Source: Marsupella aquatica
Lineage: Eukaryota; Plantae; Marchantiophyta
Length of the DNA: 64,000 nucleotides
Direction: 5' to 3'
Assembly: GCA_973895155.1 (NCBI GenBank)
Contig: OZ316895.1
Location: 24,929,538-24,993,537, forward strand
Numbering within the stretch: the stretch's first letter is position 1; each line of letters begins with the position of its first letter. Both the position numbers and the translations under genes were made by a program. The notes under the pieces were generated by a model. That model was given only the letters and a program-made list of their open reading frames with translations, was not told the origin of the DNA and did no database searches. Below are positions 25,802-38,824 of this stretch, piece by piece.

Positions 25802-26995
25802 TCAATCAGAGAATTGAGAAGAATTCTTATAGAGGCCGGACAGTGTGGTAAATTACTTGGAAGATTTCAAAAGTGAAGTTCAGGAGATGAAGGGTGAAAT
25901 GAATATCAGACTACTTAGATGGAAGTATGGTGTTCGGTGGGAAAGTTTCAGGGGAGAGATCCATACTTTAGCTTCGGTTTCTTAATGTAGATCACATTGG
26001 CATGCAGGTCAGCTCTCTCTAGCTGTTTGAAGTTTAAATAGGATATGCTTTGTTAGACCCAGATTATTTCCTACTCCTATTTTGTGACTTAGGAGTCAGT
26101 TTGGGGCAAAGCTATTTCTTGTTAACTTTACGTGGGATGATCAAGTTGAGTAAAGTATTCAAAATTCATCATGGTATTAGAGAGCTTGTTTCATGCATCT
26201 TGCCTTGGCAGGCCTGTGAAAACTAAATCACTGAGTTTATTTCTCTGCTCCGTTCCCCCCCCCCCCCCCCTCTCGGTGCTTTGATGTGCAGTATTCATTC
26301 TCCACCCTAAACTTTGTCTTGTCCTTCTTCTCACTGGTCGAGGAGAGAGGCCCCAAGGGGGGCAGAAGTAGTCTTCAATCTTTGTTCCCACTTTTCAAAA
26401 AGGGTCCCAAATGGAGCTAGAGAGTGCAAGGGCTGACAGAGGTTGGGAATATAGAAGGGTTGTGAAATCATGGTGGCAACTGGGGTCTACATGCTAAGTT
26501 TTATGGTCTCAGACAGAGGGAGGGACCGACTAGAAGTCACAAATGTGGAAGTGGTGATTGTGATACTTGCTGCCTAGCTAGACCTGTCAGCACAATCGAA
26601 TGTTACAAGGGGCGAAGTGTGCTAGTGTGAGAGATATCAGGATTGAGAATGACTGGTTGTCTCATTAGAGAATAGGTTTGTGTGGTGATCGATTTGTGGG
26701 ATTCCGCAATCAATGAAGCTTCAGCTTTCTTCATCGTTGCTCTCTTACAATTGTGCACGCATGTGCATGACCTATATTGCAGTCCTGTTCTGACATCCCA
26801 AGTTGAACGAGCCAGAATTACTTCTTCACGGGTTAACGAGTTCACAGTAGTGGGGTTGCTGCACTGTCTGGCTCCTTCCAATTAAGGATGTCAATGTATG
26901 TAACGGTAGAGGATCATCGTTAGGTGCCGGTACGTACGTGCTGCAGGTGCCAGAACTACTTGTAAGCAGACGACAATCTGTTTGCAGCCAGAAAA

Positions 26996-28295
26996 ATGGC
27001 AGATCATTCGAACGACCAGATGGCAGGAAGAGCAAAACTGCAAGCCAAGGACCATTATGTGTTGGGGAACGATACCCGTGTTCCAACTGACGTTCCTCCT
27101 GCTGCAGCAAAACATCCGTCATTGAGCCAGCGATTTGAGAATTCTCCCCTTGACCAGACCGTCGATATGCCTCTCGCAGACGAACAACCAGGGTGTGGAT
27201 ATTTGGGATCCTTGAAATTGCCATATACATGTCTTATGCGAAAGGTAAGTTCCTACTACCGGTTGCACACTGATAAATTTCATCTCTGTACTATGCTAGC
27301 TTGTTTTTGTAGTAGCATAGTTTCTCAAGATCTCTCATCTTTTTGGCAATTACCACATCTTGGAACCTCTTCCTCGCACATTAATCTTTTTTGGCTTGCA
27401 TGCTGCATTGAAAGCACTCGCTCCGAACTTCTCGGTGAGGACTACTACAGGCTTTTTTAAAAGTTTCAAATGAATGTCATGGACCCCTCTACCCAGTCCT
27501 CACATAAGTCCTTGTAATTAATCCCGATTAATACTTGGGAGCTTGTGATACTGTCCGCAGTATTGCTGTTGGGAAGCTAAATAACATTCCTTTGAAGCTT
27601 ATACGAACGAAATGAATCTGAACGTAGACATCCTCAATGGGGTCAATGCAATAAGTGAGTGAAGACCACATCCCTTGAGGAGAACAATGCCAACGGCCAA
27701 TCTCACCAGCTAACCAGGAGAAATCCTTGTATTGAAGCAGGTTGGAGCAGAAATCATTGCTACTTTCATCCTGGTGTTCACTGATTGTGGATCTGCGGTA
27801 GTGGATGCGAAGCTCGATCAATGGAGCCGTGACGCATGTGGGCATGTCTTTATCTTTTGGGATTGTTGTCATGAACATGATATATGCAGTGGGTCACATT
27901 TCAGGTGCACACTTGAATCCTTCGGTCACCGTTGCCTTTGCAACTGTGCGGCATTTTCCCTGGAAAGATGTGAGTGCTTTTGCCAGAATGCTTGCCTAGA
28001 TAAGCAATCTTTCCATCAAGCATATTCTTTAGTGGAAGTTGGGTACGGGGTCGTAGAGGATCGAGATCAAGTCAAATCAACAACAGATGATGGATTGCAC
28101 TAAACCCAGGGGTCAATTGCAATGCTGTACACCACAGGTGCCATTCTGCATTGGCGGTCAAATAGCGGTTGGAATCTGTGCAGGGTATTGTCTCAGGCTA
28201 TCTTCAGGGATCATGGGCATCTCGGGGCCATTCTACCCGCTGGTAAAGACAGGCAATCCTTCATTCTGGAGATCATCACCGACTTCATCCTTAAG
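26996..28295 (+). pseudogene. NIP-type (nodulin-26-like) aquaporin, 5' three exons, frameshifted and truncated
   Basis: Exon 1 ~26996-27244 ends at GTAAGT. Exon 2 27741-27969 reads VGAEIIATFILVF...SFGIVVMNMIYAVGHISGAHLNPSVTVAFATVRHFPWKD (NPA-type box NPS). Exon 3 from 28138 reads VPFCIGGQI. The second NPA half is missing. Confidence 0.9.
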
Positions 28296-30603
28296 CCTGC
28301 TTTGTCTCAGCCGCAGTGCCCAGAGCAAGGGTCTATGATCTAGAGTCTCAAACTACGTACCCTTTGTTTCTGTTTCATTTGAACATGTAGGCTATCCAAA
28401 AAGGAGACTTTTGCGTTCAAGATCAACTAATCTAGGAATATATATATTGCGCTTCAGTTGCTGTGTCAGGAGAGCAAATTCAATTGTAATCTCCTTGAAA
28501 CAGACATTCACAACAGTACCAAAATAAATGATGACCCTAAACTTGTGACTTGTCAGGTTTTGACGGCATGAATGGTTTCTTCAGCAGAATACCAGATCTG
28601 TAGAGCAATTGGGGTTGCCACATTCACCTCAATACATAAACTTTCAATCGTCTTCGTGAAACAACCGTCAAAGGTGAATCAAACCATTGATGATCACGCA
28701 TTGAGAGAGAACAAAACCAAACCTCAGAATAAAATATATGATAGTCAAAATTGACTCTGTTTTTGTCAAAGAATTAAGCGAGAGACCATTTGCAACGCTC
28801 TCTTTGTGCTTGTCTAATGCAAATAAGCTCGTAACAATTGAAGCATATGATAACCGTCTAAATCCTCTATTAACTAATAACATTACTCTACTTTGCCCCC
28901 ACGGAACCAAGCGATTTTCCAGCTCACATTGGACCAGGCTCAAAATACTCTTGAGGACTCTGTGTTGTATCTTGCTTCACCTATAATTCACCAAAGAGTG
29001 AAACAATTTTGAGAGCATTAAGAGACGACAGCCCCCGGCCCCTGTCCGACAGTCCAACCTCTCGGGGCTATTTTCATCTGGTTTACAATCTGTGCTGACC
29101 AAATCAGGTACATTCACAGTAAACTTCTTTTCTTCAGACTTTGCAGAGCGTATTCACCATCAAAGCTCGGTTCGAGTTCAATGCCATAGTGGTTCCACAC
29201 ATCATTGATTTTTGGGGGGTCTTGTGTCGGTCCAGATATCGAATGAGATTATAGTGAAGGGCCCAATGGGCCTGCTCACTAGGGAGAGTTGTCTAGAGAA
29301 TGGAACAAATGCAGCGAGGGAGCCAACCAGAGCTCCGTAGACATCGACGAGGAACCGTGGATGTCTCTGCCAAAATTTACTACCACTCTGCCCACGCTAC
29401 AGTCGTGGAGACGGCAAGACCCTTGAGGTGAGCATTCACTTGTTTTTCACAAGAAGAGATTGACACTTGGCTTCTGGTTGGTAGTTATGGAGCCTGTTAT
29501 CAAATTGAAGAGTTAACCCTGATCAAATGAAATTGGTGCAATCGAAATGATATGACGGACTTTTGGTTTGTGATGTTCCTGCGGCTTATGCCAAATGTGC
29601 GCCCCGTTCAGGAGATCAACACACAGCACATCTACTACCCGGGAGGCATGGATGACACTAACAAACAGTGACCCTAAGGAGAGCTCTTGTGCTGCAAAAC
29701 ATGTAGCATCAAATATGGATTGACAGTAGTCGACCGGTAATAAAGAAGCAGTAATCATAGTACAGAGTATGTCTCCTTTTTCTCTAAACATCTGGGTTGA
29801 TCGTCTCGATGCTTCTTCAACTGAGAACGGCCATGGATGGAGAGCAGTAAAGCACAGGATAGGGCAGCGCAGAGTTGATGCTTATTTTGTTCCTAAAAAC
29901 AACGTTGATTTACAACCATGACGTTGGACATTGTCTTTGATTTGCAATTCTGACAATTTCTAATGTGTTTTCTATGGTCATAGCCCATTCATAGCCTGCT
30001 GCATCACAGGCTTTTAATTGAGAAGGAGAGTTTTAATGTCCCTGCTTGGACTGAGGATGGTCTAATTATGAGCATCAGACACCTGAAATACAAACACATC
30101 CCGAAACTTGCCCTACTTCTCCTTGGTTTAAATCTCCCTAAACCCCTTCAAGCCCTCCACCAAAGGTCTTCAAACCCTCCACCCAAGGTCATGGAAAGTT
30201 TGTAGCATTAACTAGCCAATTAACCTATTTGGACTGTAGAGTTGGCATTTGGGCTGCATATATAGTTGGTGCCTGAGTAGGCTGACCCAATAAAGGCCTC
30301 TGGCTACGCAAATTATCTACATAAGGTGGGATAATTTTGATTTATTTGGGTGTGTTAGTTTTGCCTTATAGATTTTACCTACTCTACCCTAGGCCTATTA
30401 ACTTCTAGAGCTATAAGAGTTGTAAATTATTTTCTAAAGTAAGTCAATATACATAAAGATTTTGTCAAACATAAGTATTTATATTACAATTACAATCCTA
30501 AACTAAATTGGTCCAAATATTAAATACATATTTAATAAATTTCATAATTGTTTCTAAAAAGATACATTAAAGTTTGTTTCATGATACCTGAAACATATCT
30601 AAT

Positions 30604-32045
30604 TTACTCTATTCTATTTAATAATTGTCCTAAGCCACTATTCATAACTAAAGCTGCAATATATGCAGGATTTTCTGTTGGTTTTCTAAAAGCCATACCA
30701 TGGAGATGTTTGCCTTTGAATGCAAATAAATCACCATTATGCAAAGGTAATATAAATCCATGTTTGGCAAATACAAAATCAACTGGTGAAATATGTTCAT
30801 CAGGGTGACTAGTATATGCTAGTGTCCACTCTGTGCTATCATTGTCCACATGAAAACGTGAACAATAATCTCTAGTAATGAATAGTTGATAAGCAGGAGG
30901 TCCCTTCTTCATGTGCTTATCAAAAAATGGTATCTCAACACCTTCCTTAATATATTGGGAAGTTTCTAAGTAAGGGTTACAACATCTAAGAAAAGTATGT
31001 AATAACGTAGGATAATATCTAAACCACATAGACATTAAAATTTCTACCACAGCCCCATGTGCAAATCGATCAATAAATCTACCAAAATCTTTTAAAGGTT
31101 TTGAAGCTTTTACTAACTTATTACTATGAGTGTAGAAAGATGTAACATTTTTTCCAGGTGTCCATGTATGGTGAAATGGACCGAACCCCACCATTTCACT
31201 CATATAGGATGCTCTAGTTTTAGATCTTTTTGAACTTGGATGAGCACAAAAAAGATCTTTAAGATAAGTTCGCATCAATATAGTAAAAGATTTATGAACA
31301 TCTTTAGGGCGAATATGGATACCCACTAGCTCACTTGAGATTTTATCATAGATCTCCGTAACCTGTTTTGTTTTTTGGATTTCAACGTAAGAAATTGGAA
31401 GCTCCCTATATATAGGTGCCTCTTCAATTTCAATTTCTTTCCCTTTGTTTTTCTTCTAGAAAGTATTTGTAATGTTTTTTCTAATTCTAAGCGATAAAAA
31501 CATTCACCTTCATCATCAACTCTTCCCCAAAATCCTTGCACTAATTCCATTGGATTCACATTTCCCCACCAAAATTGGGAAATAATTTTTTCAAACACCA
31601 TTTCTTTTTTCTCTAGCATATTTTTTTCTCTTTTTACACACTCTTCAATATAGGTAGATGACCTAAGAAAATGGATGTATTTTCTTATACTATAGGGTAC
31701 TGAATCTAAAGAATAATGATGATCAAGAATATCACAGATATTCTCCCATGCGCAAGAAGTAAAGGTTTTTGGTGGTCCAATTTCTTTAAATCTATAGTAA
31801 GCATTATATATCATTGCTTTCGATACAGTATGTTTAATATTCAATACATTTTGTACAAATGCTTGAAAAATATTATCTTCTTGAAGAAGAAATAACATGG
31901 CAAACTTTTGTGAACGTGGATGCAATATCATGATCGCTGAAAAAATTTGAATGAAAACGTCCATTGCAAATTTCATTTTCTCATACTCATATTTGCCATC
32001 TTCCTTCATTTGTTTGTTCACTTTCCAAAACTTTCGTTTTGCCAT
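30604..32045 (-). pseudogene. 2OG-Fe(II) dioxygenase, TET/JBP-like, paralog 1 (frameshift near 31440-31460)
   Basis: ORF 30604..31326 has RFHVDND (HxD)...DFVFAKHGFILPLHNGDLFAFKGKHLHG (distal His). ORF 31326..32045 aligns with the N-terminus of 43014..44405. A polypyrimidine-AG acceptor directly precedes 32045, so upstream exon(s) are probable. Confidence 0.75.
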
Positions 32046-32083
32046 CTGAAAAATTCCAAAAACATACTTTAATTTATACAGAT

Positions 32084-32252
32084 ATTTATTTCAAAATACA
32101 TATCTCCAGTCAAACTATCTGGAACTATTAAATAACAATAACCAGAAAAGTATGCCAGATACATATTTCAAAATACATATCTCCGGCCAAACTATCTGGA
32201 ACTATTAAATAACAATAATCAGAAAAGCATGCCAGATATATATTTCAAAATA
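32084..32252. repeat. ~77-bp tandem duplication (2 copies plus a partial)
   Basis: TTTCAAAATACATATCTCC...ACTATCTGGAACTATTAAATAACAATAA...GCCAGATA repeated. Confidence 0.85.
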
Positions 32253-33277
32253 AAGTCAATTGTTTAGTTTTATAATACATATGTTAGGCAAATTCATAAG
32301 ATAATAAGTAGAAAAATATACTCAATATTTGTTTTAAAATACTTATATTTTCTTTGCTTTATTTTATTTTTCCATGTCCTTCATGAATTATACTTAAAAC
32401 AAATAAATGATAGTAGGAACTCACCTTAGAGAAAATAAACGAAATTCAAGTATGATTTCCCAACTTCTAGGTTAGTATTTGGGGCTCCACGTAGCAACTT
32501 GAGCTGATTGCAAACAAACATCAAATTAATGCCAAAATGAGCTTGTACTTAACTAACAAGTTTCACTTGCTTGCAGTAAGTCCTTGAAGAACAAAAGCCC
32601 TTAAGAATATACTCTGGCTCCCTTCTGACTGTACACATTTAACATAGGAAACTGGAACCTATTGTTGCCAAAGTGTTAGCATTTAGACTTCCAACCTAGC
32701 AAAGTACAAATGACATGCAAGACAAATGTTTACCTAAAAGCAAATAACTACTTTGTAGATTGTAACAGGGTATCCAAAAGAGACTAAAGTAAACTCTGTG
32801 AGGTTAGGAACGTGAAAGAAACAATCATTGTATCACTAATTCTATATGAGCTGCACCCTACCAAAAATCAATCTAAGGACTGAATCAATGGGTGTGAACT
32901 TCCAATTAAAAGACATTTCAAAAATACCAACTAAGAAGCATACCATGTAAAGGTTGTGCTCAAAATCAACTAGCTTGTTGATGGGTGGTAGCAAGTGTTG
33001 TGGCAAAGTTGGTGTGCAACCCCGCTTGTTGAGAAGGAGAAGTAAAGCTCCAGAATGCCATATAACTCAACAATTGAATCAAGCGCCACAATTTACGGGT
33101 ACGTACTACTACGACGAGACTCATGCAAAGTGCCTGAAGTGTTGGGAGCTAGAAGATCAATGAAGGACCTTCTACTTATGCTGCGGCCCCACTGAGTTGA
33201 GCTGAGCTCACCAGGGTCCTTTGCGTTGGAACAGATTGCAAAGTCCCTGAAGTGTGGGGAGAAGATTTGATTTATAA

Positions 33278-33601
<324 letters not shown>

Positions 33602-35102
33602 TGAGATTGTCTAGAGAGCTGCCAAGATTTCACGCTTATCTACATTGTTTTCATTGTGGTGAAGTGGGTTTGGACAAGTTTGGACAATTATTGCAAACTC
33701 CCAGAAGCATCTAATCAACTACAGTACTTCATCCACAGCACTTTCTCAGTTTCTCGTGCAGGTGCTCGTTGGTTGAATACTACTACAAAAGGCTGCCCGA
33801 GAAAGGCTGTTACGGAAGAAGATTAGAAGTAGACTGGGATTGAAGCACCACGATTTCAATGCAAGTCAATTTACAAGGGGAAAATCAAGAAATTGCTATT
33901 GCAAATGACCTCAGTTCAATCAGCATGTCGGGCTTAAACATCGTCAATTCCACAGACAGACCGAAGACACGGAAGAAGGAAGACAAGAGCGTCACAGACT
34001 GCCAAAGACCACATAGATGACACACAGACCTCTCAGTTTGTCGTTTGATTACACTCCAATTCCTGTACATTGACCTAGAGGCAATGAAATTTCCAGCACC
34101 AGACATATACCCACCAAAGATTCTGCTGCAGCATTCCGCGAGCAAAATACTGTTCGTTTTACACAATTCCCTCAAGGAAGAAATCGAAAGACTGGCCGGG
34201 GAAGATCAGTATCACTTGCGTCGGACTTAGTCCAACAAACAAAGAACTGGGAGCTCGACTGGTAGGCATACTCGCACAAGAAAGCCTAAAATCTAATGCA
34301 GCCCAAAACGAGTATGCGATCTTTGAAAGGATCTGGATGCAGCTATTGCAACTGGAGAGAATAAATTGCTGTTGAATAAAATTACAAAGTCCAGGGAAGT
34401 AGGGGAATTCGATAGAAAGCTCAACCAGGTAAGAGTCAGACAGAGCAAGACCACAATCGAGAAACAGAAACACGACCGTAGGGCATGAGTGACTCAAGGA
34501 CAGGATATCTACAAATTGTCCCGTGTCTCTCCCTTTCTCTTTTGTTATTCCACCAACGAACCCAGCAACGCACGCTTGGTCCTCATTTACAGGGAAATCC
34601 TCCACAGGATTAGGAAAAGGGACAAAAAGGCAGCAGACGAAGCCGCAATTCAAATGATGCATGATGTGCTTGCCACAAGTAAACGTCATCTTCGTCTTCA
34701 ACCAAACCAAGATTGCACCCCGAGAAACAAGCATTGTTTGTCAAAGCAAGATTTAGGGGATCGAGAGAGCACAGACGGATTACCGTTTATCAATTCAAAA
34801 GCTTCAGGTAGAAATGACCCCCCTATATATTTCCCGGTCTTTAGCTGAGCAAGAGTGAGGGAAGATAGCAGTGTCATTTTTATCAATGCACAAGGTTCAC
34901 GGAGAAATTGAATTACCTCTCTCAGTTGACGACGGCGTGGCTGGCTGGCTTGCTGGCCCGCTGATGAACGAGCTAGAAGTGCCTGTGAGTTCCAAAGGAA
35001 CGTTGTCTACAACTCCCACTATCAACTGGTACGAGTATCTTAAAATTCTGCAAATGTCGGGAGCAACAGAAATATATGCCTGCCAACATACTACAACGAC
35101 GA

Positions 35103-35300
35103 CGAGCACCTCTTGCTGATGGTACAAACTCTATCGATCATAGGCTACAGAAGCACATAGTAGGCGAGCACCTCCGCGAGCACCTCTTGCTGATGGTACA
35201 AACTCTATCGATCATAAGCTACAGAAGCACATAGTAGGCGAGCACCTCTCGCCGATGGTACAAACTCTATCGATCATATTAAGCTACCGAAGCACATAGT
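35103..35300. repeat. Three tandem copies of a ~60-75-bp unit
   Basis: CGAGCACCTCT...GATGGTACAAACTCTATCGATCATA..GCTAC.GAAGCACATAGTA x3. Confidence 0.9.
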
Positions 35301-35635
35301 ATTGTACCGCTATTATGCCACCCAAGTCTGATTCCAAGTGAGATACTAATGAAGCCTGTACAATTGATCCCCGCTAACTAGTAGTATATATATGATTAAT
35401 CTTGTGCTACACATGCAGAAATTGTAGTGACTTCGTGCTACCTAAACCTGATCTGAGAAAGAAGGTCATGCTTGCCTCGTGGAGTTTTGTTAGTTTAATT
35501 AAGATTATGCTAGTGAGTATCAAGTGCCTTGTCCTAACCAATCTATGTCCCCGGTTATCCCCAGCACAACACCGCTAATTAAAGTAGCCAGAAAGACAAA
35601 CCGCCCCCCAAAATAACAAGGTAATGTCCCTGCTG

Positions 35636-35886
35636 GGAGCATATACCTAACAAAGGCTAGCGCTGATTAAGGGTTGCTGTTTTTGTCCCCTCTCAAGTTT
35701 GTTTTGGCTGGTTCTATTCTAGGCTTGAGCATATACGTAACAGAGGTTGCTGTTTTTGTCTCTCTCAAGTTTGTTTTGGCTGGTTCTATTCTAGGCTTGA
35801 GCATATACCCTAACAGAGGTTAGCGCTGATTAAGGGTTGCTGTTTTTGTCCCCTCTCAAGTTTGTTTTGGCTGGTTCTATTCTAGG
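35636..35886. repeat. Three tandem copies of a ~70-90-bp unit
   Basis: GGTTGCTGTTTTTGTC.C.CTCAAGTTTGTTTTGGCTGGTTCTATTCTAGGC x3. Confidence 0.9.
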
Positions 35887-37423
35887 CCTTGAGAGCTGGC
35901 AGAATACCTGTGGGACTGGGAGCCGGAGCAGCGATGGCTGCAGTTGCTGCCTTCATTGATGCCGGTGGTCAAATGACTCAAGTACCGACAAGAAGAGAAA
36001 TATCTAACACACCCAAGAGAGGCGGAGACCCGGGCGGTCCGGGCGGAGAAGTACAACATCCTAGCCGCAGCTGACAAAAGTGAAATCTAGTCCTTCAGAA
36101 GACTTATTAGCTCTCAGTAATGTTCATTGCAGTTGCCCGAGTTACATGCACAGCTGTGTCAATTGATGTTGTTACTCATTTATTTCCAGAGCTGTATTTG
36201 AATTTTCAGCTCATTCTGACGATGCTTGAACCACGAGAATTCCTTGAAGTTCAATAATAGAGCTTTAGTACTCTGTTTGATCTAGTTCAAAGCAAATGCT
36301 CTCTCCACAAGCAATGTCTCAGTGGATGCACATACTGATAAGGACTAGTCAAGCGAGAGCAAGAAGATAGTTCCTTAGACGGACCAAGAATGGTCTCAGT
36401 GCGCTGAAATGCAGATAGGGGTTAGTCAACCGAGAACGAAAGGATAGTTGCTTAGACGAACCAAGATGTACTTCTGCCGGATTGGTACGGCCCGTGTACC
36501 TTGCATTACAATAATGATGAAATTGTGGATCTATGAATCAGTTGTTGGTGTACAAACAAAAGAACCAAAAATAAAGATTGTCGTCAATTGAGTGGCATTA
36601 TTTGTCTTTATATGTTTGTAGTCTCTAATCATTTTAGCGAGCACTGTACTGACGTGGGGTCAATATACTGAAGGCGGCCTCTATAGTAGAGTGATCAATC
36701 AACAAGACGCAGTTTAGCAATTGCAGCTCATACGCATTTTGGCAATTGCAGCTCATACATCCCAATTTCTACTTTTGAAGCTCCAAGGTCGATCTTAAGT
36801 GCCCAGCACATTGAAGCCAACTAAATCTCAAGTCCGCGGTTTCAAAAAACAATTGTCAGCCAATGTGGCCCACCGAATGAAGCTGCCGCGAATTTGATTA
36901 CATCCCCCCCTTCCCTTTCTACTGCCTTCTATTTAAAGAAGCAAATCTGGCCGCTGCTCTAGCACAACGCTGCTTGTGTTTACATTTCCTTTGCCGATTC
37001 CCGATTTTCAGGGTCCTTCTCCCCGGCCTCCTGTGTCCGAATCTCCACTCTTTAACCCATTGTGCATGCACGGAGCTTCTCCTAGAAATATCATCTTCTT
37101 GTTCTGTCGTTTACCTTCATTGGATTATCTTAGTCCAAAACAACATAACAACCCGAAAGGGAATCCCAGGCTTCCCAAGCATAGCAGCAGAAGGCTGGAG
37201 AGGAAAGATGATGAGCATACTGATAACATAATGACAGGCTCTGTGCAGCCACCTTGTCCCACCCCCTTAGCCTCAAAAATAATATGTATAGAATTGCATT
37301 CCACCATTACACATGCGTCTTACAGGCACCCTAGCTAGGCGCAATGCACACCTTTGACCCACCTTCATAGGGCCAACATAAATCCTATATACTAACAATA
37401 TTTCTCTCTCTTACAGCTGACAA

Positions 37424-37662
37424 GCTGACCTGCTTTACGGACTCTCCTGATGTGTGAATTTTTCTTTCGTTCGGGAAGGGTGGGTGGCAGGGGGAGGTTG
37501 AGAGGCAATCAAAGGCCAAAACTTTTGCTAAGCTTTTTCTCTTTCTTACAACTGACCTGCTTTACGGACTCTCCTGATGTGTGAATTTTTTTTCCTTTCA
37601 GGAAGGGGTGGGTGAGAGGGGGAGGTTGAGCTGAGGAGGCAAGAAAAGGCCAAAACTTTTGC
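37424..37662. repeat. ~128-bp tandem duplication
   Basis: CTGACCTGCTTTACGGACTCTCCTGATGTGTGAATTTTT...GGGGAGGTTGAG...GGCCAAAACTTTTGCT x2. Confidence 0.85.
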
Positions 37663-38181
37663 TTCAGTGCCAAAGGCCGAGAGTCAGGGGAGAAAGGCCC
37701 AGATCAATCCATATGGGGAAACCACGGTACCTAGACGCCAAAGAAACAACATATAACAATAGGATGTAGGATCGGGCATCCCGACCAAGCTAAGCAGACC
37801 CAAAGTCTTGGGGGGATTGAACCGAAGAGTGTGCTGACCAAGTTGCAAGATCATGCACCTTGTGGAGAGTGAATTAAACCTTGATGATCCATTGCCTAGA
37901 AGTCCCGCTTTTGAGAGAGTTAGATTGTTCAAAAGTAATTAGATTTGTCGTGCCTCTTATTGTGCGCCAGTGGAGCTGAATGCTTCAAAGTGTGGACCTC
38001 GGACGCTCACCGAAGCGGCTACATTGAAGTGCAGATTCAGCACTCGTAGTACGTCTAGCCACAGAGATTTGACTGCTGTAACTGAGTGCATTCTATGCTC
38101 AAGCTGAGCGATCCGGGCTGAAACCCGAAGTGCCCGCTTTTGACTTCATTGATATCCTGTAAATTGACTTCAAATACGTAC

Positions 38182-38824
38182 CTCGTACAGTATTTGAAGA
38201 TGGGGCCATGCCGGTTCTAAGGTTGGATCCTCCTCTTTGGGATCAAAGTTATCAACTCCGGTATTTTCATGAGAGGAGGGGGGTAGCGTACGAAACAGGC
38301 TTGTTACATGCATTTTGGTGATATCTTCGAACACAGCCTCCGTGAACTTCCCTGTTCCCGATGTTGCATCTTCCATCAGCTCCACTAAGGTTTGCTTCTT
38401 AATCTCTTTGTCATTGACATTCTTTGTCGGGTCAGTGAAGTCAAAAGTGTAACAGCAAAGATGGAGCTGTTAATGAACAAGTTCTGCCTGTCAGAATTTG
38501 GAAGGTCTTTGAAAGCAGGCAGAGGATAGAAAAAGGGACCTCAACCATTGTGAGTCAAGTTTGGTAACAACTTCTCCTTTCCTGGTCCAAATCTTGGGGT
38601 ACCGATGCCGTTGATCAAAGCGTTATTCCTGCTACTGGGGCCTACAGCAGCCCTAGCTCCCGCAGCAGATTAACTAAATATGCAGCAGCCGGGGCTGGGG
38701 CCAGAGCTGCAGGTCCAACCCCTCCAGTTGTTGAGGCGCCTACAGATCCTGGTTCATTGGGGTCATTCGGCCCATTACTCCCTTTGTTGCAAATCGGCAG
38801 GCGCTTCGATATTTTGTTAATCAT
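38182..38824 (-). pseudogene. 5' fragment of PP2A B' (B56) regulatory subunit
   Basis: Reads PLPAFKDLPNSDRQNLFI...LCCYTFDFTDPTKNVNDKEIKKQTLVELME...LFRTLPPSSHEN...FDPKEEDPTLEPAWPHLQILYE. Has frameshifts and a stop, and is truncated after this motif. Confidence 0.9.

Noticed and set aside
33885-35127. Overlapping ORFs up to 191 aa with coiled-coil-like pieces
   Set aside because: No recognisable motif and multiple stops in every frame. Possibly further decayed cargo, but it cannot be assigned.
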